From contig JBGUGD010000007.1 in assembly GCA_041697335.1 (NCBI GenBank), forward strand, positions 151,976 through 215,975: a stretch of 64,000 nt of DNA, given 5' to 3'. Under the pieces are notes generated by a model. The model was given only the letters and a program-made list of their open reading frames with translations. It was not told where the DNA came from and did not search any database. Source of the stretch: Vampirovibrionaceae bacterium NZW_1234 (GTDB lineage: Bacteria > Cyanobacteriota > Vampirovibrionia > Vampirovibrionales > JAGQHJ01). A program made the translations under genes and the position numbers. Position 1 is the first letter of the stretch, and each line of letters opens with the position of its first letter. This document shows positions 29,551 through 38,165 of the stretch, piece after piece.

Positions 29551-29579
29551 AGAATAACAGCGTTCTCGTGTGCTGTCAA
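29551..29579 (-). promoter_or_regulatory. Sigma-70-type promoter for the leader/DUF62 transcript
   Basis: TTGACA (29579-29574), 17 nt spacer ending TGT (extended -10), TATTCT (29556-29551). Confidence 0.8.
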
Positions 29580-29604
29580 TCTGTAAGGTAAAACTCGGTC
29601 TTGT

Positions 29605-29946
29605 TCAGCGTGACTGTCTTCGTTTGGCTAGAGATGACAGCAGCAGCGGAGGCTGACATTGATGAATATTCACGGAAATCCGATTCATCGCCTCTAATTG
29701 CTCCTGATGCAGGATCATCCCAAGGCGAATCCGTTTTTGAAGCGTCGGCAATGCCAAGGCCTCACACACGGTTTCTGGGTCAATGGATGCTGCATCCCGT
29801 TGTGTTTGAGTGACTTCGTGGATGGCTCGGCTGGTTGAAAACCGAAGCTTGCCCAAGGCCAAGCGATCCAGCAGGTGTTCGGCCTGTTCAAAGAAAAACG
29901 TATAGGATGGGGGAATAACCACCGGGGGGCGTTCAGTGACAACCAT
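29605..29946 (-). CDS. Hypothetical protein
   Basis: 113 aa from ATG 29946, helical composition, co-oriented with neighbours; no motif recognised. Confidence 0.45.
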   Translation of the reverse strand: MVVTERPPVVIPPSYTFFFEQAEHLLDRLALGKLRFSTSRAIHEVTQTQRDAASIDPETVCEALALPTLQKRIRLGMILHQEQLEAMNRISVNIHQCQPPLLLSSLAKRRQSR

Positions 29947-30076
29947 TGATAAAAACCATATTTCTTTGCGGTTATCGTAACAGATATGAATTTTATAAGT
30001 ACTCGAATAAAACCACAACAGCAGCAAATATGCATCTGTTACGAGCAAAGATTACAGAAGTTTAAGTAACAAATCG

Positions 30077-32041
30077 TTAAAAACGGGACGATAAAGGGCG
30101 CTGATCGACGCTGGTTGCCCAGTCTTTGACGATGCTGCTACGGGAAGGTGTGGTTGTATAAGAATCACACGATTCTGTTACCGCAGACACCGTATCCGTA
30201 TTGGGATTAATCGCAGAGCCTAACTTTCCATACAGGCAATAGCCTACACCTGGAGCAAAAAGCTCTTGGCCCGGCTGCGGGTGATAGAAGTTGGAGCAGC
30301 TGCCACAGGAGACGAGTGTGAAGCCTTTGGCCCGAAGCTTGTCTTGAAGGGCTTCAAAGGCATCGTCCAATATGGAATAGGTGCGTGTTGTAAAGGAGAG
30401 GTTTTTGTACTCGAAAATCAGATGGTAGGCCGGATCTCCATTACTGTCATAATCGGTTACGGTCGTGATGCTGCACATCACAGCATTTTTACCGTTCGTG
30501 ATGGGTAAGGTGGTGGTCACCGAGGTGGGTTCTTTCGAAGCTTCCTGAAGGGGGGCTTCTTGGCGATTCAATTGATCCTGGTAGATTTGAGTAAAGGGAT
30601 CCTCGGCCAATTCCGTTGTCGTTACCCACTGAGAGGTGGCTACCGGTTTGTCTTCCATGACGTAATCGGCGGCATACATATCGGCAGTGGGAGATTCAAG
30701 CGTCGTATCAAAATCGACGGCAAACCGGCGTGGCTTGCGATTTGATTTTTTGGATTTTTCCTGGCGAGCCGGCTTTTCTTTAACAGACATATCTGTTTTT
30801 GCGGCCGGTTGACTTTCGTCAAAGCGCTTGCCGATTCGTGCCTGGCGGTTTTGGGTACTGAGGTTCATAACGCTTTCAATTCCAACCCGGACCAGGTAGA
30901 AGGGCAGAGCCACCAAACCCAAGGCATAGACCAGCGGTGTCACTGCAATGGAGAACAGGATATCTCCCAGACCACACCGGGCAACGGCCAAAGACATCAG
31001 TTGCAGGCTCCAGAAGGCCAGGGTGAATGCACCAAAAGCATAAAAACCTGCCAAGCCATTGGGGTCCTGCATGAAGGAGACGGCAACCGTGGCTGCAATC
31101 AGGCCCAAGACAAAGCCGGGCGGCTTTGCAATACACCATGCTTGCTCAAGGGCGTTTAATTCCAATTTGGAGATCCCCTGCCAGAGCAATTTCGGTACAT
31201 ACTGGACCAGCATTCCCAGGCGAGTCGGGATGCTTTGGGCAATGCGATGCATCTGGGACGGGAAGGTAACCCGATCTTCTTTATACACCACCACATTGGG
31301 GGCCCAGTGAACGCGGTAGCCATTTAAATTGAGAAGGGCCGTATACTCCAGGTTGTCCAGTTCATCAACTTGACGAAAAGGGAGCATTTCCAGAACTTCC
31401 TGGCGAACCACCCAGCCGGAACTCATTAAACGACAGGACAGGCCCATGTGAAAGCGCCCTGCGTTTTCAATCCGGTTAATCAAGCGATTGGACAGGGCCA
31501 CGATTTGCGAAATGGGGCCTTTGGGTGGGCGTTTCAGTGCCAGGTAGCCTTGAATGGCAAAACAATCGAACGCTCGTGTCGTGACATTCTTCAGAAAATC
31601 GGGGCGAATAATGTCATCGGGCTCTAAAAAAACAAAGAGTTTAGAGGGGCCACCGGCAGCCAATAACCGTTCTACCAACCAGCAAACCAGCTGCCCCCGG
31701 TTTGCCGGTCGCTGAGGATAGGTCCAGACTTTGGCATGGGATGGAAGTTCCCCGGGCATGGGGAGCCCATACTGATTGGCTTCCGTGGTGACAATGTGAA
31801 TCCCCAGGCGACTGACAGGATAATCCTGTTTCTCCAGGGCCTGCATCAAATCCTGAAAAGCCAGGGCTTTGCGGGAATCGGTAAAGGGAATAACAATGGC
31901 GATATGAAAGTCGGTGCCACTTTTATAAATATGTTTGATGAGATCCTGTTTGCGCCCCATTTCCGCAAAGAATAACAACAGGGCAGAACGAAGCAGGATT
32001 AGGCTCCCGAGAACGGTAAAAGCAATAGACAGCATGGTCAT
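30077..32041 (-). CDS. Degenerate processive GT2-like membrane protein with Cys-rich C-terminal domain
   Basis: IAIVIP, FLEPDD at the DxD position, QMHRI at the QxxRW position, TM helices; C-terminal CGSC..F...GYC...C. Confidence 0.7.
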   Translation of the reverse strand: MTMLSIAFTVLGSLILLRSALLLFFAEMGRKQDLIKHIYKSGTDFHIAIVIPFTDSRKALAFQDLMQALEKQDYPVSRLGIHIVTTEANQYGLPMPGELPSHAKVWTYPQRPANRGQLVCWLVERLLAAGGPSKLFVFLEPDDIIRPDFLKNVTTRAFDCFAIQGYLALKRPPKGPISQIVALSNRLINRIENAGRFHMGLSCRLMSSGWVVRQEVLEMLPFRQVDELDNLEYTALLNLNGYRVHWAPNVVVYKEDRVTFPSQMHRIAQSIPTRLGMLVQYVPKLLWQGISKLELNALEQAWCIAKPPGFVLGLIAATVAVSFMQDPNGLAGFYAFGAFTLAFWSLQLMSLAVARCGLGDILFSIAVTPLVYALGLVALPFYLVRVGIESVMNLSTQNRQARIGKRFDESQPAAKTDMSVKEKPARQEKSKKSNRKPRRFAVDFDTTLESPTADMYAADYVMEDKPVATSQWVTTTELAEDPFTQIYQDQLNRQEAPLQEASKEPTSVTTTLPITNGKNAVMCSITTVTDYDSNGDPAYHLIFEYKNLSFTTRTYSILDDAFEALQDKLRAKGFTLVSCGSCSNFYHPQPGQELFAPGVGYCLYGKLGSAINPNTDTVSAVTESCDSYTTTPSRSSIVKDWATSVDQRPLSSRF

Positions 32042-32079
32042 GAACGTTTTCTACATCCCTCTGCTTAGAACGGTTAGTC

Positions 32080-32697
32080 CTATTGTAAGGTATTTCCCAT
32101 GGGTTTGGCTACTTTCATCGCTTCAAGGTTTACACGTGCGGCATCAGCCAGTTCTGAGCGAGGGGCAAGTTTTACAAAGGTTTCAAACGCTGTTCTTGAC
32201 TCCGCTTCTCGGCCTTGGGCCTGAAGAAGTGAGCCAAGCAGATACCAGCTTTGGACGTTGTTGGGATTGCTTTGGGTAAGGCGTTGCAACTGGTTAATAG
32301 CCGTTTCACATTTGCCGCCTTGGCGGTAGGCTTTGGCCAGATTTTCGTAATAAAGGCTGTAGTTGGGGTTTGTGGATACGGCTTTTTGGAGGTACTTTAT
32401 GGCATTGCCGGGCTGGCCAATCTTCAGGTAAGCCAATCCCAGATTGTTATAGATGACACCACTCATGGCGGCTGTAGGTTTTAAACGAATGGCGATTTCC
32501 CACTCCTGGATAGCCGCTGAGTAGTCTCCGACTTCCATCCAGCTTTGACCCGTATGGAAATGACTGATGGCATTGTCATCCATCTCAAACATATCGGTGC
32601 TAATGCCGTTTGCCCTGAGTATCAAGCACGAGAGAAGCACGCTTAGGGATAGTCCCAGGCACCTGACGAGCTGACTTATCCGAATACAGGACTTCAC
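32080..32697 (-). CDS. Tetratricopeptide repeat protein, probably exported
   Basis: YNNLGLAY, YENLAKAY, WYLLGSLL TPR units; hydrophobic N-terminus. Confidence 0.88.
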   Translation of the reverse strand: MKSCIRISQLVRCLGLSLSVLLSCLILRANGISTDMFEMDDNAISHFHTGQSWMEVGDYSAAIQEWEIAIRLKPTAAMSGVIYNNLGLAYLKIGQPGNAIKYLQKAVSTNPNYSLYYENLAKAYRQGGKCETAINQLQRLTQSNPNNVQSWYLLGSLLQAQGREAESRTAFETFVKLAPRSELADAARVNLEAMKVAKPMGNTLQ

Positions 32698-32916
32698 TGT
32701 AAACCTCCACGCGTGGGGGGTGTTTCTCGAATTATGTCCAGTATCGGACGGAATGCAAGGCAGAGTTCAGTCATCTTTCGATAAGATACGTTGCCTGGTT
32801 GAGTAACGACAACGGGACGATTCTGAGCAATGGTAGACGTTTGGGCGGTGTCAACGCCAGAAATGTCTCCTACAATAATAGCGCTGAAGAATTTCATTAA
32901 TAGGCGGAGTTGGAGT

Positions 32917-33810
32917 ATGCCAGAGCTTTTAACCCGAGAGGGGACTCGCGTCTATTACGAGACGACGAGTGATGTTGGTGAGCCGCTTGTTCTGATTCAT
33001 GGTCTGGGTTCGTCCGGGCAGTTATGGCAACCGCAAGTGGCCGACCTCAAGAATCACTATCGTGTGATAACGCTTGATTTCCCAGGCCATGGACGTTCCG
33101 GCAAGGCGGATGCCTATTCCATTGAGCAGCTGGTGGATGTCCTGGAAGACGTGATGGATCATTGCGGCATTGAGAAAGCCCACCTGATGGGCTTATCTCT
33201 GGGATGTGCAGTGGCTTTGACGTATGCTACCCGATTTCCGGAGCGGGTATTATCGCTTGTTCTTCAAGGGCCGGTTGGTGGCTTGGTCCCCAGAACACAT
33301 CCCGGCTGGTGCGTTAAAATCGCCTTGTTAAGGGCTTACCTTTTATTTTTATACCTCTTGTCGTGTATTGCCAGTCGCGAAGCCGCCATTCATTGGGTTA
33401 ACTGCTACGGATTTCAAACGTATGGGGTTTATCAATTCCTGGAGTCCATCCAGTGCCGTGCGCAACCCAAGGCGATATGGCAATTGGCCCAGGCTCTGGC
33501 CTATCCCCCTTACATCGGCAAACTGCACCAGGTGGCTTGCCCCCTGCTCTTGGTGGTGGGGGCTGGAGATGTCACGCCGAAACGTTACTGGCAGTACATT
33601 ATGGAGAATGTATCCGGGGCAACCCAGTACGTGATTGTCCCGAGAGCCCGGCATATTGTCTCTATTGAACAATCATCCCACTATAACCAGCTTGTCCTTC
33701 AGTTCTTGGGGGATTTGAAGAGAGCACATACGTTTGGGGTCTCAAAATCGCAGGCTGCTCGTCAGCCAGTTAAGACTCGGGGCGTTCTTTTTCCGGCAGG
33801 CGCTCAATAA
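32917..33810 (+). CDS. Alpha/beta hydrolase
   Basis: LIHGLGS, DFPGHGRS, GLSLG nucleophile elbow, GAGD, C-terminal His; GGAG RBS before ATG 32917. Confidence 0.9.
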   Translation: MPELLTREGTRVYYETTSDVGEPLVLIHGLGSSGQLWQPQVADLKNHYRVITLDFPGHGRSGKADAYSIEQLVDVLEDVMDHCGIEKAHLMGLSLGCAVALTYATRFPERVLSLVLQGPVGGLVPRTHPGWCVKIALLRAYLLFLYLLSCIASREAAIHWVNCYGFQTYGVYQFLESIQCRAQPKAIWQLAQALAYPPYIGKLHQVACPLLLVVGAGDVTPKRYWQYIMENVSGATQYVIVPRARHIVSIEQSSHYNQLVLQFLGDLKRAHTFGVSKSQAARQPVKTRGVLFPAGAQ

Positions 33811-35335
33811 CATTAACCATGCAGTTCAAGAGTCCATCGCCGTCTTCCAGCTCCAGCATGCCGGGGACGGGGATCAGAATCGCCTGTGGGCCATACAGTT
33901 TACGATAGGTCTCTAACGCCTCTTTGTCCTGGGGGCTGTTGCCACCTTGCACTCCGATATACAGAATGGGTTGGCCTGTGTCTGTCTGGTCGGTCACAAT
34001 ATTGACATAGTTGAGCAGGCTGCTTTTCCCATCCGGTGTGAGCCATAGAGTTGATGAGGGGACGGTTTCAATCTCGAATCCGCCATCAAGCAATTGTTTG
34101 CGAGCCCCATTGTAGTACACAAGGCTTTTTTCATAGCGCTCCCGGGCGAGGTCGGTTTTTGCTGAGGTGAGGTTCAAGGGCGGAACCGGACGACTCAGCA
34201 CCATCACAGGTTTTCCGGAAGGTCCCGCACAACCGGGCGTGAACCCCACCAAATCTGCATGATAATCCAGGCCATGCATCGGGAGTTCCGACTCTTTCAA
34301 AGTTTCGATATGAGGGTGTAGACGGCGTCGTTCTTCTGGCGGCATGGTTTTCAATACATCCCCAAAGGTCAGCTTTTGGGTGTTGCCACCAATAAATACC
34401 AGGGAGCGAGGGGAATAGCCGAGCGTCGAAAAAGTGTTGATAAATTCACTCACGGTTTGAACGATACGCTGTGGTAATGGGGTCGGTGCCTGATTCATCC
34501 AGATAGCCTGGTGTTCCAGAGAACGGTAACCAATCAGGAGGCCCGGCCCGTAAGGCGTGTGTATGGGGCGGATGTCCCCGCCTTCAAAATAGAGGGTTGA
34601 ATGTTGCTTTTCATCGAACCCAATACGGGCTTTTACCAGATCGGACGCCACGTGTGACGAATGGCGGTATCCACCTTTGGGCTCCAGCGCCATGCGTTGA
34701 TTTCCAGAAGGTGTTTTCAGATTTAGGGCCATCAGATTATCCTGTTGATACCACGTGACGTTGCCTTCAGAGGGGAGCAACCGGACGGTTTTTCTCGGGA
34801 TTTTCAAGGTCTTGAACAAGGTGGTTTCCAGCTCCATTAGACGTTCAGGCGTCGTGTGCTTACCATAGGTCAATAAAATGGTGGCATTCGGGTTTTGGGT
34901 ATGAAGGGCTTTCAGAAATTCGATTTGAAGAGGATGAAGCCCATCTTGAGACTTCGCCCTGTCATCAATTCCCATCAGGACCGTCTTAATAGGGCCACGC
35001 TGCTGGTTTACCAGGGGCATGGTCGCTGTTGGTTTTAGCCAGCGATATCCATTGCCTGCCTGAATCGGGGGGATTATGGCTTCTGGTGACGACATTGAAT
35101 GCCTTGGATTGGAAGGCCGGAGTGCCCAGGCTCCGGAAGCAAGCCCCGAGCTTAGAGCGAGAAACAGGGCGGTCTGTTTTAGTTTGGATCCGCAAAATGA
35201 AATGCTTGGCAATGTTGATGGGGATAAAGAACCTGTCTTCGTCGTTATAGACCGGGTATGAGGCTGTCCATTTGAAGCACCCCGATAAGGCCTCATCGGC
35301 GAATAAGAGCCAGTCCGAATTGCGTTAAGCTTCAT
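33770..35335 (-). CDS. Putative guanidino-modifying (pentein; peptidylarginine/agmatine deiminase-like) enzyme with FxG leader
   Basis: WYQQD, FEGGD, YHADL, NYVN, GLLNC in the order of W..D / EGG / H.D / N / G..HC motifs. Confidence 0.6.
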   Translation of the reverse strand: MKLNAIRTGSYSPMRPYRGASNGQPHTRSITTKTGSLSPSTLPSISFCGSKLKQTALFLALSSGLASGAWALRPSNPRHSMSSPEAIIPPIQAGNGYRWLKPTATMPLVNQQRGPIKTVLMGIDDRAKSQDGLHPLQIEFLKALHTQNPNATILLTYGKHTTPERLMELETTLFKTLKIPRKTVRLLPSEGNVTWYQQDNLMALNLKTPSGNQRMALEPKGGYRHSSHVASDLVKARIGFDEKQHSTLYFEGGDIRPIHTPYGPGLLIGYRSLEHQAIWMNQAPTPLPQRIVQTVSEFINTFSTLGYSPRSLVFIGGNTQKLTFGDVLKTMPPEERRRLHPHIETLKESELPMHGLDYHADLVGFTPGCAGPSGKPVMVLSRPVPPLNLTSAKTDLARERYEKSLVYYNGARKQLLDGGFEIETVPSSTLWLTPDGKSSLLNYVNIVTDQTDTGQPILYIGVQGGNSPQDKEALETYRKLYGPQAILIPVPGMLELEDGDGLLNCMVNVIERLPEKERPES

Positions 35336-35553
35336 GAATCCTCATCGAGAGTTGTGGCCATTATCGGGTTGGCATACCTGGCCCTCACGTTTCAACTCCA
35401 ACCAATGTCTCTCATGTGACGGAATCAAGCATCTAAGTCAAGTTTTTTTCTGATTTAGTAGTAAATATTGTAAGGATTTTAAATTGCTGGTGTTTGGGAG
35501 TCGTCAAGAACTCTGATAAGGTCTTTGTGAGGCAGCAAGTTCATCGGAAAAGG

Positions 35554-38157
35554 CTAGTGGGCTTTACGATGTGGCTCATTGCCCATGGCGGCTGCAATAC
35601 CGGGGTGGGTGTTTTGTCCTGTCAGATAGGTGGTCAGTGCATACTGGACCTTGGGAATAATCCAGCCTAAGCCGGCAATGCCAAAGGCAATTCCAATGAT
35701 GTTGGTGACATAGCGAATATTCCGGGTAAAGCGAAAGACATAGGCGATCTGATCCTGAATTCGGTTGGGAGTAAGCGGACCTTTTAGCAGGCTTAAACGT
35801 GTTGTCAACTGTTTAAGGTAATCGGCCAGATAGGCTTGAAGCTGGGTGAATTTGTGAGGGTTCTGATAAAATCGGCCATTTTCAGCCAAGGTTCCTGTCA
35901 GACGCAGTCCTTGCTTCAAAAGGGGTACATCGCGTTCAAGCCCTCCGAGGATCAAGGCTTCCAGCTTTTGTAGGGTCATCGACGGGTGTTTGCCGGTCTC
36001 GAATGAAAATAGGCGACTGACAGCGGTAGGGTTCATTTGTTCCAGAATGCGGGTCTTCAGTCGGGCAAAAAGCAGATTCTTGGCTGGATGGGATATCTCT
36101 CTCTCCAGTGCGTGTAATACTTTGGGCAGGGACTGTTTCAGATGACTGCCCTTCTCCAGGGATTGGATACGCTGATAGAGTGCCGGTTCGGTAATGTGAA
36201 GCGAAGGTTTCAAAGCTTTTAAATCGTTCAGAAGGGTTTTTAACGAGTACTGCGGTGCTTTTGTAAGCCCTGAAGCCATGGGACGGGGTGCATATTTCTG
36301 GAGTCGGCGCTGATGATGGTCTGTAAACCCATGGCGGTCTCGCCAGAGATGTTGAAGAAGTTCCTGGGCCTCTTCGTATATCGTTTTTTCCAGTGAAAGG
36401 CTTCGGGCCTGGGCTTTCTCCAGCCAAAGGCTTAAGTCTTCCCCGTGCTTGAGAAGTTTATTGGTGCTGGGAGAAGCGTTGCCTGCCAGGACCAAGGCTC
36501 GGCGAACCAAGGCGTTCAGGTGAGACATGCCGTCTTGCCGGGCAGTTGTCGTGATTCGTTCTTTTAAAGCGGACCATTCCGATGCACTTAATTTGTATTG
36601 CAGATGCTTCATCCCCGGCAAGGACAACAGTTCGTGCCCGCTGATGCCCACGCTGTGCTCAAACGCCTGCTTTACGGCAACGGCTACGTCTCGTCGCTGA
36701 GAATGACTCAGGCGCGAAAATGCCGGTTTTGTGCCTTTTTGAATCGTGTCCAGCAGAGACGCGATCTGATCCGTAGAGATACGCCCTGACTTTTTGGGCA
36801 ACGTCTCTTCAATGGCCTTCAGAATCGCGTTCGACTGGTTTGATCCTCCGACATAGCTGGGAACTTCTAGATGCAACCACTCAAGGAAGCCTCGGGTTGG
36901 ATGTTTTAGTGGGGCTGATCGCAGTGAAGCCAGGAGTTCGGGTTGAATCTCTTTTAATGTGACAGGAGAGAGACCATGAAACAGGGTATTCAGTTGGGCC
37001 ATGGTGACGTGCCCCGAGGCATCTTTCAGGTGGGGCAGCGAGGACTGGATTTTTTGGGTCAGGGCTTCTGCAACCATGGGCTCCAGCATCAGGTTGGTTT
37101 TTACAACCGGCTTCAGGGCCAGATTCATCAACTGCATGCTGTGGCTGACCGCCATGAAGTAGAAATAATAGGACGCCACATCTCTCAACACCACTTCGGC
37201 AGACTCAAACGTGCTTCGTCGTGCGGCGGTGTAGGCACGTCCCCCAATGATTCCGGTATCCAGAACAAACATTCGGCCCAGGTCGGTATCTTGCACCATA
37301 TGACCGGTCCAGTTCAAGGCGGATTGTCCCCAGCCCTGGTAGCGAATTTGGCGTAAGGGCTGTTGCGCCGGCAATGGTTTGGTATTGTGAAGTCCTCCTT
37401 GGGGCGGAGACCAGGGGGCAAGGCTAGGCCAATAGTAAGGGTATCCGGAATAAGCGGCCTGAATCCACGATGGAGACTGTGACCTGATGCTGTGGTGGAG
37501 GTCAGCCTGTGTCGCGGGTGTGGCATTGCCTTGCTGTAGTACAGACGCTAATGCTGGGGTCGCGGATGAAACCGGCCTGGATGCTGAGGCTTTGGACTGG
37601 GGAGAGATTTCGGGCTGCGGCGGGACAGGCTGTGTTTTGGGTTTCTGGTAGTAGCGCTTAATCAGCCAGTCGGTTTTAAGCTGGTTTAACCAGGGCACCA
37701 CCAGGGCTATCAACACCACGGCAGACAGGACGCTAAAGGCCAGCCGGATGCCTTTGAGCGCAAGAATCCGCTGGGCCACGGTGGTGTTGGGTGCATAACG
37801 CTCCAGAGGTTGTAATGCCACACTGGGCTCTTTCACGGTCCACCCAATCGTCGTGTCCAAATTTTTCCATCGAGGGGGCGATACTTTCTTCTGGGTCCGA
37901 TCAAACAGCTTTTCCATCCAGCCTACGCCCCAGAACCAGAGCGCTGCGACAGAGGCCTCCTCCATAAAGCGCTCCTGGGATTCCAGAAAGCCGCTTCGCT
38001 TCCAGCCATTGACAGTTCTGCCGACAATATTCCCCGATTCCAGGACAACCGTCGGGAGAAGATTCTCCGGGCTGGAGTTGCTCAGCTTGCTCATCACCTG
38101 GATCATCCCGGTAGAGGGCGTCGGCTTGGCAATCAGCGCTGGAATCTTGTCCCACAT
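35554..38157 (-). CDS. Large hypothetical membrane protein built from two homologous units
   Basis: 867 aa ORF 8 nt downstream of the permease; internal similarity described in findings. Confidence 0.75.
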   Translation of the reverse strand: MWDKIPALIAKPTPSTGMIQVMSKLSNSSPENLLPTVVLESGNIVGRTVNGWKRSGFLESQERFMEEASVAALWFWGVGWMEKLFDRTQKKVSPPRWKNLDTTIGWTVKEPSVALQPLERYAPNTTVAQRILALKGIRLAFSVLSAVVLIALVVPWLNQLKTDWLIKRYYQKPKTQPVPPQPEISPQSKASASRPVSSATPALASVLQQGNATPATQADLHHSIRSQSPSWIQAAYSGYPYYWPSLAPWSPPQGGLHNTKPLPAQQPLRQIRYQGWGQSALNWTGHMVQDTDLGRMFVLDTGIIGGRAYTAARRSTFESAEVVLRDVASYYFYFMAVSHSMQLMNLALKPVVKTNLMLEPMVAEALTQKIQSSLPHLKDASGHVTMAQLNTLFHGLSPVTLKEIQPELLASLRSAPLKHPTRGFLEWLHLEVPSYVGGSNQSNAILKAIEETLPKKSGRISTDQIASLLDTIQKGTKPAFSRLSHSQRRDVAVAVKQAFEHSVGISGHELLSLPGMKHLQYKLSASEWSALKERITTTARQDGMSHLNALVRRALVLAGNASPSTNKLLKHGEDLSLWLEKAQARSLSLEKTIYEEAQELLQHLWRDRHGFTDHHQRRLQKYAPRPMASGLTKAPQYSLKTLLNDLKALKPSLHITEPALYQRIQSLEKGSHLKQSLPKVLHALEREISHPAKNLLFARLKTRILEQMNPTAVSRLFSFETGKHPSMTLQKLEALILGGLERDVPLLKQGLRLTGTLAENGRFYQNPHKFTQLQAYLADYLKQLTTRLSLLKGPLTPNRIQDQIAYVFRFTRNIRYVTNIIGIAFGIAGLGWIIPKVQYALTTYLTGQNTHPGIAAAMGNEPHRKAH

Positions 38158-38165
38158 GTTCGTTG

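Noticed and set aside
29345..29579. SAM riboswitch or T-box upstream of DUF62
   Set aside because: No SAM-I core or T-box consensus recognised; the leader-peptide model explains the complementarities.
29389..29586. 65 aa plus-strand ORF with hydrophobic stretch
   Set aside because: Antisense to the leader peptide; promoter, terminator U tract and downstream gene all point to the minus strand.
35361..35369. Sigma-28-like -10 (CCGATAA) upstream of RFG genes, also near 26232
   Set aside because: No matching -35 TAAA at the proper spacing and not shared by most RFG genes.
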